The notes under the pieces: model-generated | Told to the model about the DNA's origin: nothing | The model's database searches: none | Seen by the model: the letters and a program-made list of their open reading frames with translations, nothing else | Part shown: positions 51,570 to 64,000 of the stretch, piece by piece | Layout: the number at the start of each line of letters is the position of its first letter | How positions within the stretch are numbered: position 1 is the stretch's first letter | NCBI RefSeq assembly: GCF_006345805.1 | Contig: NC_043004.1 | Location: forward strand, 46,624,001-46,688,000 | Direction: 5' to 3' | Length of the DNA: 64,000 nt | From: Octopus sinensis | Taxonomy: Eukaryota | Position numbers and translations under genes: made by a program

Positions 51570-52440
51570 GACAAATACATCGACCAGAGTGTTCAATTGG
51601 TACTTATTTCATCGATCACGAAAGGATGAAATGTAAAGTTAACCTCAGTGGAATTTTAACTAAGAACATGAAGACGGATGAAATGCTGCTCAGCTTACCA
51701 ACGATCCTACCAGCTTGCCGCCTAATGAATTGTATAATACTAATCGCATCCTTCTAAGGTGGGGAACTGGCAGAATCGCTATATATATATGCTTAGCGGC
51801 ATGTCGTCCATCTTTACGTTCTGAATATAAATTCCACCGTGGTCGACTGTACCTTTCATCCTTTCAGGTACGATAAAATAAGTACCAGTTAAACATTGGG
51901 TTCAACGTAATAAACTTACACTCTACCTAGAAATCTTTGGCGTTTTGTAAACATATGAAATTCATATTAATCACATTCTAAGGCGGCGAGCTGACAGAAT
52001 CGTTAGCACGCCGGTCAAAATGCTTAACGGCATTTCTTCCGTCCCTACTTTTTGAAATTAAATTACGTGCTAGGTCGCCTTCACCTTTCATCATTTATAG
52101 ATCGATAAAATAAGTACCACCTGAGAACCGTGGTCGATATAATCAACTAGCCTCTTCACCTCAGAACTTACTGAACTTCTGCTAATATTTGGAACCAATA
52201 TTAATGACACAATTAGGCAGCGAGCTATCTAGATCGTTAGCACACCGGCCATAATGCTTAGCGGTATTTTGTCAGTTTTATGTTCTGAGATCAAATACTG
52301 CCTGAGCCGACTTTGTTTTACAGTCCTTTCGGGCCGATAAAATAAGTACCTGTTCAGTACTGGGATAGATTTAATCGACTTCACCCTCGCCCCACGAAAA
52401 AAAATTTTTGGTTTCGTGCGAGTATACGAAACCAATATGA
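51570..52440. mobile_element. Cluster of four family A SINEs (51570-51722 -, 51757-51965 +, 51979-52200 +, 52215-52440 +)
   Basis: Repeated GGCGGCGAGCTG..GAATCGTTAGCAC heads and GATAAAATAAGTACC cores. Confidence 0.8.
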
Positions 52441-53857
52441 ATCACATCGTAGGCTGAAGTTTTAATAGTCTCATCGTTGCGAGAAGCAAATAACATAAAC
52501 CTTTCACATAGCAACTAGTTGATATTTGTCCATTATATTGGTTGTATGTTTATGAAGAAAGTATATATAGTAAGAGCTCTTCTGTAATGGAGCTTATAGC
52601 AAAGACACACTTTGATGCGTCGCTTTCGGTGTTGCTTGGTAAAATTGAAAACGATGCTAATTACGATATGATTCAATTCTATCCATATTGAAAACAGGTG
52701 TTTTCTCTAATTGCATACCAATTATATGAATTGTTATCGCACTACTGCAAAACTACTGTATGTTATCGCATTTATAATATTCATAATTTCAGTTATACTT
52801 TATAATTTTCTTGTTATACTTCACCTTTCATTGATTTTGTTGGTGACGTAGGTATGTTCAGATATGCTGATAACAGACAAAATCTAGAATAAAGTGTTAT
52901 TCCCCGTGGCGCAAGGAAGAAATAAACTAATTACTGAATGCCTGAAAATGCAGTGACATTAATATATCGTTTTGAGATTGGGCTGTATGAGAACAATGAA
53001 AGGTTTATTGAGACAGTCGAAAATATTGGAGAAAGAGAACGCAAAAATAAACGCAAATCAGTACATTGAAATGGTTAGCCATCCTCTACCAAAGGTGCAG
53101 TTCAGATCTAGACCTTAGCGAAACCAATCAAATATCTAGAGTGGGGCCTGTCTCTCATGTCTCCGTTTCAGGTATCTGTTTTTGTAGGTTGAGAGCCACT
53201 CCGGAATAGATGTATCACACAGTCTGGTTAGGTGGCACTGTGAGCTGTCTCAAAGCTTTTACACCTATTTGTCTAAAACGAGAAATTTAATCTATGACAA
53301 ATCAAAGTGAATGTCTTTCTTACGGATTCCGCAAGCATATCTTAACTGGTAACAAGAAGGTATTTCATGAGAAGTTAATTCTGAAGCGGATACAGAATTG
53401 CATGCATGATTATATTTTCAAAGAAAATTTGCGAGCTAACTTCAAAGCTGCAAATGTGCGTACCTTATGATGAAATTAAGTAGGTGTTATGATGAAGTTA
53501 ATTAGAAAGTAAAACGAAACAAAGATGCTTTGTTTACTTCCGGGCACGAATGTACTGTAGCAGTAGTCTTTCACGTTGCTCACCGACCGATCTTCCCTCT
53601 CAAAAAATCGATCTCAATACACAAATTATTTTCATCCTGAAACTTATAAAATATTACATGCATTAAGCACACCTATCTCTAAGCAGCACACCAAATTTCC
53701 CAGTTAAACAATAGTGGCTTATGCAACGGAAAATACGATTCACATAATGATTAATTGCTTAGAGGTAATTTTCATAGGGAGTTTTTGTCCTCAGGAATTC
53801 TTGGGGGATTGTTGTCCATGGGGGAAATGTCCTATTATTGTTATTGTTATCATCATT

Positions 53858-53895
<38 letters not shown>

Positions 53896-53900
53896 AATCA

Positions 53901-55860
53901 TTTTATTGTCTTTGCACAGCTTCTAATGCTGGGGATGTACTACGGTGTCAGCTGTTTACTACTAGTGAACTAAGGTAACACCTCTTATTTTCGAGCACCA
54001 TCCAGAGTATCCTAGCGGGTCAAAGCAGTGTTGTTTTCTCCAAGTGCTCCCCCATTATTGTAGCCTCTATTTGTTCCATGTACTTCTCAAGATTTTCACT
54101 CACTGTTCCCAGGGCTTAAATTCCCAAGCTTACTTGTCATATCTGTCGACTTTTCTTTCTTCCTTATCGCATATCCTATTGTCAGCTGGGCATGCTATAT
54201 CTATGATCCAGCATCCTTTGCTTTTTTCTCAATTAACACTATTTCTGGTTTCCTATTCTCTATCTCATGTTTGCACTGAATGATAAAATCCCATAGGATT
54301 TTTGCATTTCCATTTTCGACGATGCCTTCAGGTTTGTGGTCATACCAATTAGTCCTCTTCCTCCCTTTTTTTTGGAGCAAACAGTCTGTCTGTGTCACTT
54401 ACTGGGTGGAGTATCCCATATCTAGTCAGCAACTCCAATGTCTTTCTGTCTAAGCTGTTTAGTTGGTCTACTGTCCATGCGCGGCAAGGTGTTGATAACT
54501 TCAATCATATTCTGTCTGTTTAATTTAAACTTAAGGATCAATCTCAGTCTGCGCAAGTACTCCACCTTAAAGTTTTCTGTCATTTCTTTCTCCAGCAATT
54601 TATCCATTTGCAGTATCCCCAAGAACTTATAGCTCGACTCTTCTATTTGCTGAATAACTCCCTTCCCAACAGTATCTCTAGCCCATCCATGCATTTAATT
54701 TTGCCTCTCTTCAAGAGTAACACATCACACCTTTTCAGTTCAAACTCTATTCTGATATGCGCACTGAAAATATACACCGTATCAACGAGGGAACTAACTT
54801 GGGATTCATCTTTACCATAGAGTTTGAGGCCATCCATGAATAACAAGTGGTTGACCTTTTGTTGGCAGCTTTTGAAGACATACCCCACCACCTTTGCTTT
54901 CTTCAGAATCAAAGTTTGTTGTATCATGTACAGTACAGAGATCAGCGGGGGACACGCAGTCCCCTCGGAAGATGCCTCTCCTGAATTCTATTGTCCTTAA
55001 ACTTCTTCAATATGCTGTCAGGTCCATCCTCTAATTCGCCATACTTTTTCCAAACAGTCGCTGAACATGCGAAGCAATACTAAATAGATTCATATATTCC
55101 ATAATCCAAAAATACGGGATCTTATCATATGCCTTACGATAATCGATCTATGGCATGGATAAGTTAGTTTTCCACCTCTTTCAGTCTCTAAGTACAGTTA
55201 TGTCTATCATTGTGCTTGTACCCCTTCTGCTCATGTGGGAGGACACCATTTTTAACAGATGTCCGCACATTGACTCTGCGAATATCACAGTCAATAATTT
55301 CCACATAAGTGGCAAGCAGGAAATTGCCTGTAATCGTCTACCGTATTGCCTTTTTCGATGTTTTCAAGCACAGCACAGCACTGTCCTACCCATTGTCAAC
55401 CACTCTGGTGTCATTTGGTTGGCATTTAACAGGGTGTTGAGTGGTGCAGTTATTCGTGTATGACTTTCACGAAAGCTTTTGCTCCAGTAGCCTTGAACAT
55501 CTGGTCTCGGAGCTCTCCAGTTGTCCATATTTTTGTTGATTTCTGTTACTTCCCTAACTGAAATGACTAGTTCTGCCTGTTGTGGACAGACTACTATTTA
55601 TTTCACTTATCCTTCTTGTGCTCCTTGTCTTTGCTCCTCATTTCACTCCAAAGTCTTTCACCTGCAATATCATCTGGCACCGAACTTTCATCTTTATACT
55701 CTCCATTTATTTTTCTGTAGAATGAATCACTTCTGAGTAACTCATTCTGCTCGTATCCCTTCATTCTTTTGTCGTATCTTACTATATTTGCTTCCTTTGT
55801 AACGAGGCACTATTTCAGTTCTTCCATTACAACTTTCAGGACCTTTCTTTCAATATCATA
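53901..55860 (-). mobile_element. R4/Dong-type LINE, internally deleted, between trinucleotide repeats
   Basis: Minus-strand ORFs: KVNHLLFMDGLKLYGK (RT), YKFLGILQ, WYDHKPEGIVENGNAKILWDFIIQ..RKPEIV (endonuclease); (ATC)n at the 3' side and (TTC)n/(TTA)n at the 5' side. Confidence 0.85.
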
Positions 55861-55915
55861 CTTCCAATTCTTCTTCTTCTTCTTCTTCTTCTTCTTCTTC
55901 TTCTTTCTTCTTCTT

Positions 55916-55946
<31 letters not shown>

Positions 55947-55947
55947 T

Positions 55948-55978
<31 letters not shown>

Positions 55979-56014
55979 TTCTTCTTATTCTTCTTCTTCT
56001 TATTATTATTATTA

Positions 56015-56049
<35 letters not shown>

Positions 56050-56066
56050 TATTATTATCATCATCA

Positions 56067-56204
56067 TTTTATTGTCTTTGCACAGCTTCTAACGCTGCAG
56101 ATGTACTACGGTGTCAGCTGTTCGCTACCAGTAGACTAAGGTAACACCCCTTATTTTTCGAGCACCATCCAGAGTATCCTAGCGGTGCTGTTTTCTGCAA
56201 GTGC

Positions 56205-56206
<2 letters not shown>
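56067..56206 (-). mobile_element. Second, 140-bp 3'-terminal copy of the same R4/Dong element
   Basis: Near-duplicate of 53901-54045 (TTTTATTGTCTTTGCACAGCTTCTAA..GAGCACCATCCAGAGTATCCTAGCGG). Confidence 0.85.
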
Positions 56207-56236
<30 letters not shown>

Positions 56237-56252
56237 GTCATCATCATCATCG

Positions 56253-56323
<71 letters not shown>
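56205..56323. repeat. (ATC)n microsatellite
   Basis: Read directly; source of the poly-D and poly-H ORFs. Confidence 0.95.
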
Positions 56324-57679
56324 GTTATTATTCAATACCAGGTTATTTTAAGTGGGTAATCAATTATAGTTTCACTAAATCCTGGTACCTTCTGAAATGT
56401 TGTAAGGGGCATTTTGCACTAACTTTCATATAGATTTACTTCATTTCTTTTGGTGACGCTGGCAGATTGAAGCGGTTCTTGACTAACTGCTAGAAAATGC
56501 ACCAGAAATGAACTGCATATTGAAACCCTAATTTGGAGAGCGGGGCAGCCCTTGTAGCCTTGTGGCCTTTGTACAAATTTTGAAACCTATTAGCCGCGTG
56601 GGTCGACTCTTTTTCATTCTGGAATAGTGCGCTAACCCGAGGAAAAAACGAGTACCATAAGATGCATATGATTGTCCAAAGTGATTAAATAATTCTTTAG
56701 TCTACGATACGGTTTCCAAAATACTATCAGATCCAACTCTACGTTTTCCGTTAGAGGCTAAAACATGTGGCTTGAAGGCTTTTTGGGGTCGACTCCAGAC
56801 TTAAAACATTTCCGATTTTCAAAATAGGATGAACGGAAGTTCCTCAGTGATGATATTATCCCACTGACCATGTTTGATAAACCAGACAGCAATGTTTCCG
56901 CTTATCATGTGGTGCCATATATAGGCCGCCTTTAAACACATTAGTTTCAATACTTTGCGTTCTCTCGCAGTGAACATGAAAGGCATCAAGATGTTCAGTT
57001 GTCGGTGTATTTTTTTTATAACGTAGTTGTCTATATTGATTAAAATGTCGTTGAATTCTAAACAAACTGGTCTGTAAATAGGTAAAATTGGAAATACGAC
57101 GTTAAAATGAGTTTATTGATTATAGAAAATGCGTGTTATATTGGCAAACAACTTCTGTGGCAACGTAAATTTAGAATTCTTGGCTTTCGTAAGAATTCAA
57201 ATAGCATACTTTGAAATCCTTAAATTGTAACTAAGTGACATGAGATTATTTTACTGAAGAATTTTAAACTCCCTGGAATAATATACATATAAATACAAAC
57301 AAATTTTTAAGGACGCTGTATTTTGGGAAGGCATCAATACACAGAACACAAAACAATCTATATAGATTTTGCTAAGGGGCTCTCTCAAATTATAACTTCA
57401 ATTTACTATTCGCTGGTGGTTTTTATTTTCAAATTTCGTTTCCCTTTTCAAAAAGAAGGAGATCGATACGTACCGCACACGGAAAATAATTATTGTTGCT
57501 GTTATGATCAACTGAGCTCTTTCAAGTTGGTGTCAATATAGTGGCATTACAAACATTCAAACAAGAAAAAAGATAAGAGAAAATTACACATCTATATATC
57601 GATAAATCTATTACTATCTATAAAATGCCCCTTCTCTCCCTGTCTTGCTCTCTTTCTCTTGATACATATATATACATAT

Positions 57680-57715
<36 letters not shown>

Positions 57716-57768
57716 AGCAATAATAAATCTCTGAACGATATATAATTATATATATATATTATATATAT

Positions 57769-57818
<50 letters not shown>

Positions 57819-58010
57819 ATATATATGTGTATGTATAAATGTATATGTGTGTGTATATTTATTATGTATTATATATATATATTTATAACTGTGTATGTAT
57901 GTATATATATATATAACGGGAAGCTTTATGAAATAAACAAAGACGAAGGCAGGTGGAAAACAAACGAACAATTGTATTAGTATGGCGCTCAGGAATATAA
58001 ATAAAACAAG

Positions 58011-58048
58011 TCTTTAACGTTTCGAGCCTACGCTCTTCAACAGAAAGA
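58011..58048 (-). ncRNA. Variant hammerhead-like motif, family F (in a repeat at about 57915-58120)
   Basis: Minus strand: TCTTT CTGTTGA A GAGC GTAG GCTC GAAA C|G T T AAAGA. Confidence 0.45.
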
Positions 58049-58520
58049 TACACAGAGAGAGAAAAACACAGAAAGAAGGAGAGAAAAAAAATGCGTGCAG
58101 TAGCTAACGAATCAACATGGATATATATATATATATATATATAATATATATATCTATATATATATATATTCATATATATCTGCATATGTGTGTGTGTGTG
58201 TGTGGCGTATGTATACAAGCTGTTTCAATGGGAGAAAATTATTCAGTGTGTAATGTGACAACGAAACAGAACTAATCTTGAATTGAAATATAATTTCACT
58301 GGGTCATGTTCTTGATAAATAGCATTTAATGAAGCCGCTGTAAATCTTTAGTGATTATACAATCAATATCTTTCAATATTAAATTTTTATATTCGACGAC
58401 ACACAGATGAACGCCCGCATTTTACGATAATTCAGCCATAATCATTTATAACCATGAATGTTCACACATTTAACATAAATGCTCATGCACATATGCATAT
58501 CGCTATATATATATATATAT

Positions 58521-58565
<45 letters not shown>

Positions 58566-59504
58566 CATTCATATAAGCATACGCACATAGACAAACACAC
58601 TGACATACTTACGCATACATACACGCATATATATGTATATATGTGTGCGTATGAATATATACTGGGGCACATATTTGCTTCTATATGAATATATGTTGAT
58701 ATATTTGTAAAATATTTGTCCGTATGTAGTGTCAAAAGAAAGCAGGCAGTCCTACATATTAGCAAAATTATATCATTTTACGTGTTTCTGAACGTATATA
58801 TGATAGATACGTAAAAGTACACAATAAAGTACCTAGTATATTCCATGCATTTAATATTAACTTGTGTGAATAGCTCCAAACTAACTGTTTTCAAAATCTC
58901 AAACAAAATATATTTTATGCATCGCAAAAATTGATTTTAGAAATTTTCTACCCAATGAATTTACATAGTATTTCTTCTACTTTATCTGACAGCCAAAACT
59001 CGCATTGTACATTCAGGACACATTACTTTATAAAACTTTAGCAGTATATTCATTTCATTTTTATTCATAAAAATGCATATGCACAGACACACATGCACAC
59101 ACACACACACATACACACACAAACACGTACGCGCATACACACATACAATACGCCGCACACAATACAAGCACATGTTGTTACTAATATGACAACGTGCATG
59201 CACCTGTGTGGGTGTATATGTGTATTTTGCTTTGAAAATATATTCACACACGCACGCAAACATGCCCACACATATACGGGTGCCATTTTTTGTCTCTCAA
59301 GCATACAAAGCACGCATTCTTCGTGAAAGGTGTATTGTCCATAGGATCAACTGCAATATTTCTTTTCAGAAACTATGTAATCAACGAAAATTTTATCGAA
59401 GTTCGATGTAATATTTGTGTAGGCATGAAAAAGGAATTGCCATTGTTACTTATTTCTTTACATTTTCGTATATATGCTCTCTGCCTCTCTCTCTTTCTCT
59501 GTAA

Positions 59505-59583
<79 letters not shown>

Positions 59584-60394
59584 CATACAGAGAAAGAGAG
59601 AGGGGAAGAGTGAGAGAGAGCTGTATACTTGTGTGTATGCATGTATTTGTGCGTGTCTGTGGGTATGTGTGTGTGGGCGTGTGTGTACATATATAAACCT
59701 TTTGAATGTTCATATTGTTAGAACGCCAACAATTAATTGGATATTAGCTACAATATCCAACATTTTAGTTGATTCTATTTATACAATTTTAAAGAGAAAT
59801 TTTAGATATTTTTAATAAAACGACGCAAATAAATTGAAAATTCCTTTTCCTCTGTCGTCATGCAAATTTTAACAGACTACAACTGCATGGAATCTCAACG
59901 GAATGTCAGATTGAAACCTGTTACCAATAAGCCAACAAACCCCCTTATCTATTGAGAAGCAAAAGCAGCATTTCGTAATTCAAACAGCATCCCATTCAAT
60001 AACATCTCCCTATGAAATGCAAACATCTGCTCTATTAAATAGTAACCTTTGTTCCAGTGTTTTTCCATTGGGAAACGGCACTCCCCAGTCGTACGTAGAT
60101 TAAATTTATTCAGCCACTCACTCTGCAGTAAAATATCAGATGCTTGGATTATTTATTTGGTCGTCAGGTAAGAAATTTGTAGAAAAAAAAGTTTGCTAAT
60201 CTTTTATAAATAAAATGACTAGTTTTATTCATCAAAATATGAACTGTAAATGCCTGGCAATCTAGAGTGAATGAAATCTTGGGGGGCCTGTTTTACAGCA
60301 TCGTCGGAAAGAATGTTTTTTCCTATCAAAAGTTATCCAAATTCTGGAAGAAGTGGTAGTCAGTGGTGGCAATATCAGGTGAGTATGGTGGATG

Positions 60395-61048
60395 AAAACT
60401 TCCAATTCTAACTCCTGTAGTTTCGCGATGTGTGGTCTGGAGTTGCGTTAAAATAAAATAGGAATGGCTCTGATGACTAATCTAGGTTGTTCTTTTCTAA
60501 GTTTGTGCATCATTTGGTCCAGTGGCTGCAATATACTCCGGGCGTGATTGATGGGCCAGGTTTAAGGAAATCATAATGGATCACACCAGCAACAGACGAT
60601 CAAACACATACCATCAGCTTCTTTTGGTGAATTTCGCTGTTTGGACAGTTTTGGTGGATCGTCTTTGTCCAACCATTGTGCTGGTCTTTTACAGTTGTTG
60701 TATTGGATCTATTTCTCATCACATGTTACAATTCGATTCAAAAATGTTGTATTTTTGTGACGAGAAATTAGCACAGTGCAGGCTTCCAAACGTTGTTTCT
60801 GATTTTTGTTCAGTTCATGTGGAACCCACTTATCCAACTTTTTCGTTTTACCGATTTGAAGTAGGTGAGACAATATTGTTTCCTTGATATCACCAAACAG
60901 CAACGATAATTCGCGGACACTTTGAGATGGATCTGACTCGACGGTGGCTTTTAGTTCGTCATTATGACCTGTGTTTCTGGTCGACCGCGTTGCTCGTTTG
61001 TAAGGTTGATTTTAACAGAACGAAATTTGATACAGTCTGCGGCGTAAT
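60395..61048 (-). mobile_element. Decayed mariner (Hsmar1/cecropia-like text)
   Basis: ORF 60709-60903: KKLDKWVPHELNKNQKQR..FLNRIVTCDEK; NARPHIA-like text near 60440. Confidence 0.85.
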
Positions 61049-61449
61049 AACATTAAAATGAAATACTCCAATTAATATTTTGAGCTGTCTGTGATGCTGT
61101 AATTCCAAGAAAGAACACCAATTTCAGAACAGTATGAATTTCCGACTTAAAGAAAAATAGCGAAAAACAATATATAAATACATTATAAAGCGCAAAATGA
61201 GGTAGATTTTTCTTTTAATGATGGTGTCAGCTTTCTAACAAAAAATAAAGATTGTCAAAATATAATAACGGCAGAAAATTAGCAACAGTCAAAGTTTACC
61301 AAATACCTTACTACAAATTTTATACTTGCCAACGTAATAATTTAACCTAAGTTTAACTACCAAAGAATTTGATGTAAATATTTAATATGCATATGATATG
61401 GTTAGTCATTGGGATCAAACATATTTACTGAAGCAATTTAGAACACATA

Positions 61450-61790
61450 GGCGCTGTCGTGGTTCTGTGGCAAGAAACTTACTGCCCAATCACATGGTTC
61501 CGGGTTCAATCCCACTGTGTGGAACCTTGAGCAGTTGTCTTCTACAGCTTCAGGCCGACTAAGACCTTGTAAGTGATTGTGCTGTACGGTAACTGAAAGA
61601 GACCCGTCGTACATATACATGTGTGTCTTTGTATCTGTGTTTTTCCCCTGCCTCCACTCGACAACTGGTGCCGGTATGTTTACCCTCCACACCGTAACGT
61701 AACTTACCATTCGACTAAAAAATCTTCAAAGTAATGTCCCAGTATGGCCACAGTCTAATGACTGATCCAATTAAAGGATAAAGGATAAAA
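61450..61790 (+). mobile_element. SINE family B, diverged
   Basis: CACATGGTTCCGGGTTCAATCCCACTG head and CAGTATGGCCACAGTCTAATGACTG tail. Confidence 0.75.
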
Positions 61791-61854
61791 TAAAAACACC
61801 CAACAACAAGTTACAAAATTTCAAAAGTTATATATTTTGCAGAAATGCAAAGTA

Positions 61855-62717
61855 CAAGGTAGTACACAAAATAAACCGGAAATATGCATTATTTTCACTT
61901 AGTGTTCCATGTTTACACCTTTATTCCCTTCCAAGTATTCTCCATTTGAATGCATCGGTCCAGACTCGTTTTCCACTGTTTGAAGCAATGCTGAGACACT
62001 TGAAAAGTGATACCTTTTAACGCCTACATCGTTCTTTCTTCACCTTTTCCACCTCTTCAAATTCCGTAGTACCAGCTTTCGTTACCAATTATGATCTTCG
62101 TAAAAAGGACCAGGTCATCTTCCAGCTGTTCTTTCAGTTCACGACAGGCATACAATCGCCACTGCTTTTGACCCTCCGTGAGCAAGCGAGGCACAGATTT
62201 TGCTGTGTCTGTTTTCATTCGCAATTCCTCGCTTAAAACTCATTGACAGGAGCCCCAGGACACACCAACATATTCGTCAACTGTGTGACGGTTTCCCAAG
62301 ATGAGTTCATTATTTTTCATGACGTTTTCATTTGTTTGGGAGGTCGACGGTCGCTGTGAATGACATTGGTCCTCAGGCAACTAGTGACCATTCCTAAAGC
62401 ATGGAAACCCTCGTAAACTAATGCTTTGTTCATGGCAGCGCCCTTCTAAGCTGTTTGAAGTATGTCAACTGTTTCGGCAGACATTTTCCCCGGCAGAAAA
62501 CAGAATTTCACGGATGTATGCAGTTCTTTCGTTTCAGCTACGTAAACATAGACGAATAGGAGAGAAACATAACAAAACAAAGAAGCACCGAGTGCAGTAT
62601 TAACCCACACATCGATGCCAGCCGGTAGACTGTTGCCTGAGGGTCACATCAAGTGGCTTCACTACGACGGGCTCATCCCACAGAGAACGTTCCTGGTTAA
62701 TTTTGGGTACTCCCTCG
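61855..62717 (-). mobile_element. Internally deleted mariner (863 bp) with TIRs
   Basis: TA-CAAGGTAGTACACAAAA vs the reverse complement TA-CGAGGGAGTACCCAAAA; minus strand IIIGNESW and FKQWK C-terminal text. Confidence 0.75.
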
Positions 62718-62899
62718 TATACTTGAACAGTGAGTAGAAGCGTAATTGCAAGCCTCGCATACATACAAAGTTACACGATAAGAATAAGAAGCCATCACAC
62801 ACAACCGCACAACCACTGTATGACACTATGATGTAATGTCATGCAGAAATAGTTTCAAAACTATCGAATGACTGATAATTAGTCTAAATAGAATATCTT

Positions 62900-63130
62900 T
62901 TATATTTTACTTGTTTTAATCATTAGCCTGCGGACCTGTTCTTTTATAAAGTCTGGTACTTATTATATCGGTCACTTAAACAGAAGCCTCTATGTTACGG
63001 ATACGTGAATACACCAAGACCGGTTGTCGTGCTGTGCTGGGAGACACACCAACACAAGTTGTCAAGCAGAGCGTTGATTGGAGACGCATCAACACCGTTT
63101 GGCAAGTGGTGATGGGAGACAAGCACTGAC
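62900..63130 (-). mobile_element. SINE family B 3' fragment
   Basis: GGTACTTATTATATCGGTC..ACACCAAGACCGGTTGTC. Confidence 0.55.
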
Positions 63131-63371
63131 AGAAAGACACGCACACACACACACAAAATAATAGAATGAGAATTTTTTTTTTAAATTAAAAGAAAAGAAA
63201 AGCGGCAAATTAACACACAACACCCGAAACCAACAGTGTAGTATCTCTACGTGCTTTGCCTTTCAGTTTATCGTTCTATCACTATATCTTTCAACAATAA
63301 ACACCCTAAAAGGAGATAGTAGTACGCAACCTAAAACTAAGACTGCACTTAGTGGCTAATATCACATGTAT

Positions 63372-63679
63372 ATGAAGGGGATTTTTCCTTGTGTAGTTGT
63401 TTTGTACCCTGTTTTTTCGTTGTTAAAGGAATGGTCCGTTCCATGCTGTTTTTACGTTTTCGTTTCTCGTTGAGTTATACGTCTATTTGTGGTGCCCTGT
63501 ACACACGTATATATATATTTATATATGCATGTATATATACAAGTAGATGTAGGTATGTACATATATGTTTGTATGTATGCATATATTTTATTTATTACAC
63601 TATTGTATGACTGAGCGCCTTCGCGTTGATTCGATTCTATTTGTTTGGTTTCGTTTCGTTTCTTCTTCTCCTCTAAGCT

Positions 63680-63683
<4 letters not shown>
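63372..63683 (+). repeat. Repeat family E copy
   Basis: Closely matches 31966-32235; ends in (TA)n. Confidence 0.8.
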
Positions 63684-63737
<54 letters not shown>

Positions 63738-64000
63738 AAATAAGAAAAGGGAGGAACAAATCCATTTCGATCATCAACTTACGGATATTACAATTTCATA
63801 TTATTTATCAATTATACATATATGAACATGAAAATCGAACAAAACAATATACATCAATATGCAAATTAATAATACAATAAAATTAATACAAATAAACTGC
63901 TCCTTACAGCTGTTTCAGCCTATGGTCAAGAGACAATCCAACTTAAATTGCTCAACTCCATTGTAGCAGTATATTGGATAACTGATATCCCATAGTGGGT

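Noticed and set aside
57323-57541. IYIDFAK and KEGDR reminiscent of LINE RT motifs
   Set aside because: The motifs are in the wrong order and have no other RT support.
60299-60378. AG..CAG|GTGAGT exon-like segment
   Set aside because: Abuts a mariner relic and reads like a Tc1/mariner C-terminus; more likely transposon debris.

Overview
Repeat-saturated, AT-rich animal DNA with no host protein-coding gene that I can support. The SINE repertoire and dense (TA)n/(CA)n/(AAT)n microsatellites suggest an octopus genome (inference). Most ORFs in the track are microsatellite or repeat artefacts. Decayed mobile elements are present: eight mariner relics, a probable Chapaev3/CMC-type DNA transposon, an L1/Tx1-type LINE sitting in (ATCT)n, several R4/Dong-type LINE pieces in trinucleotide repeats, an RTE tail, a Penelope-like (PLE) GIY-YIG relic and three tRNA-derived SINE families. 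The main signal is a dense set of small non-coding, mostly (TA)n-flanked elements carrying type I hammerhead ribozyme (HHR) motifs. About 15 motifs from about 8 unrelated families were found by eye. Two are young head-to-tail arrays (487-bp unit at 13.3-14.6 kb, 556-bp unit at 47.6-48.8 kb) with one HHR per unit plus an inverted leading arm, which fits a PLE-derived retrozyme that could yield circular RNA. The HHRs share non-canonical features: U.U at 10.1/11.1 in five families, a one-nucleotide insert after A9, and CCGANGA cores. All folds were paired by hand; none has been computed or tested.
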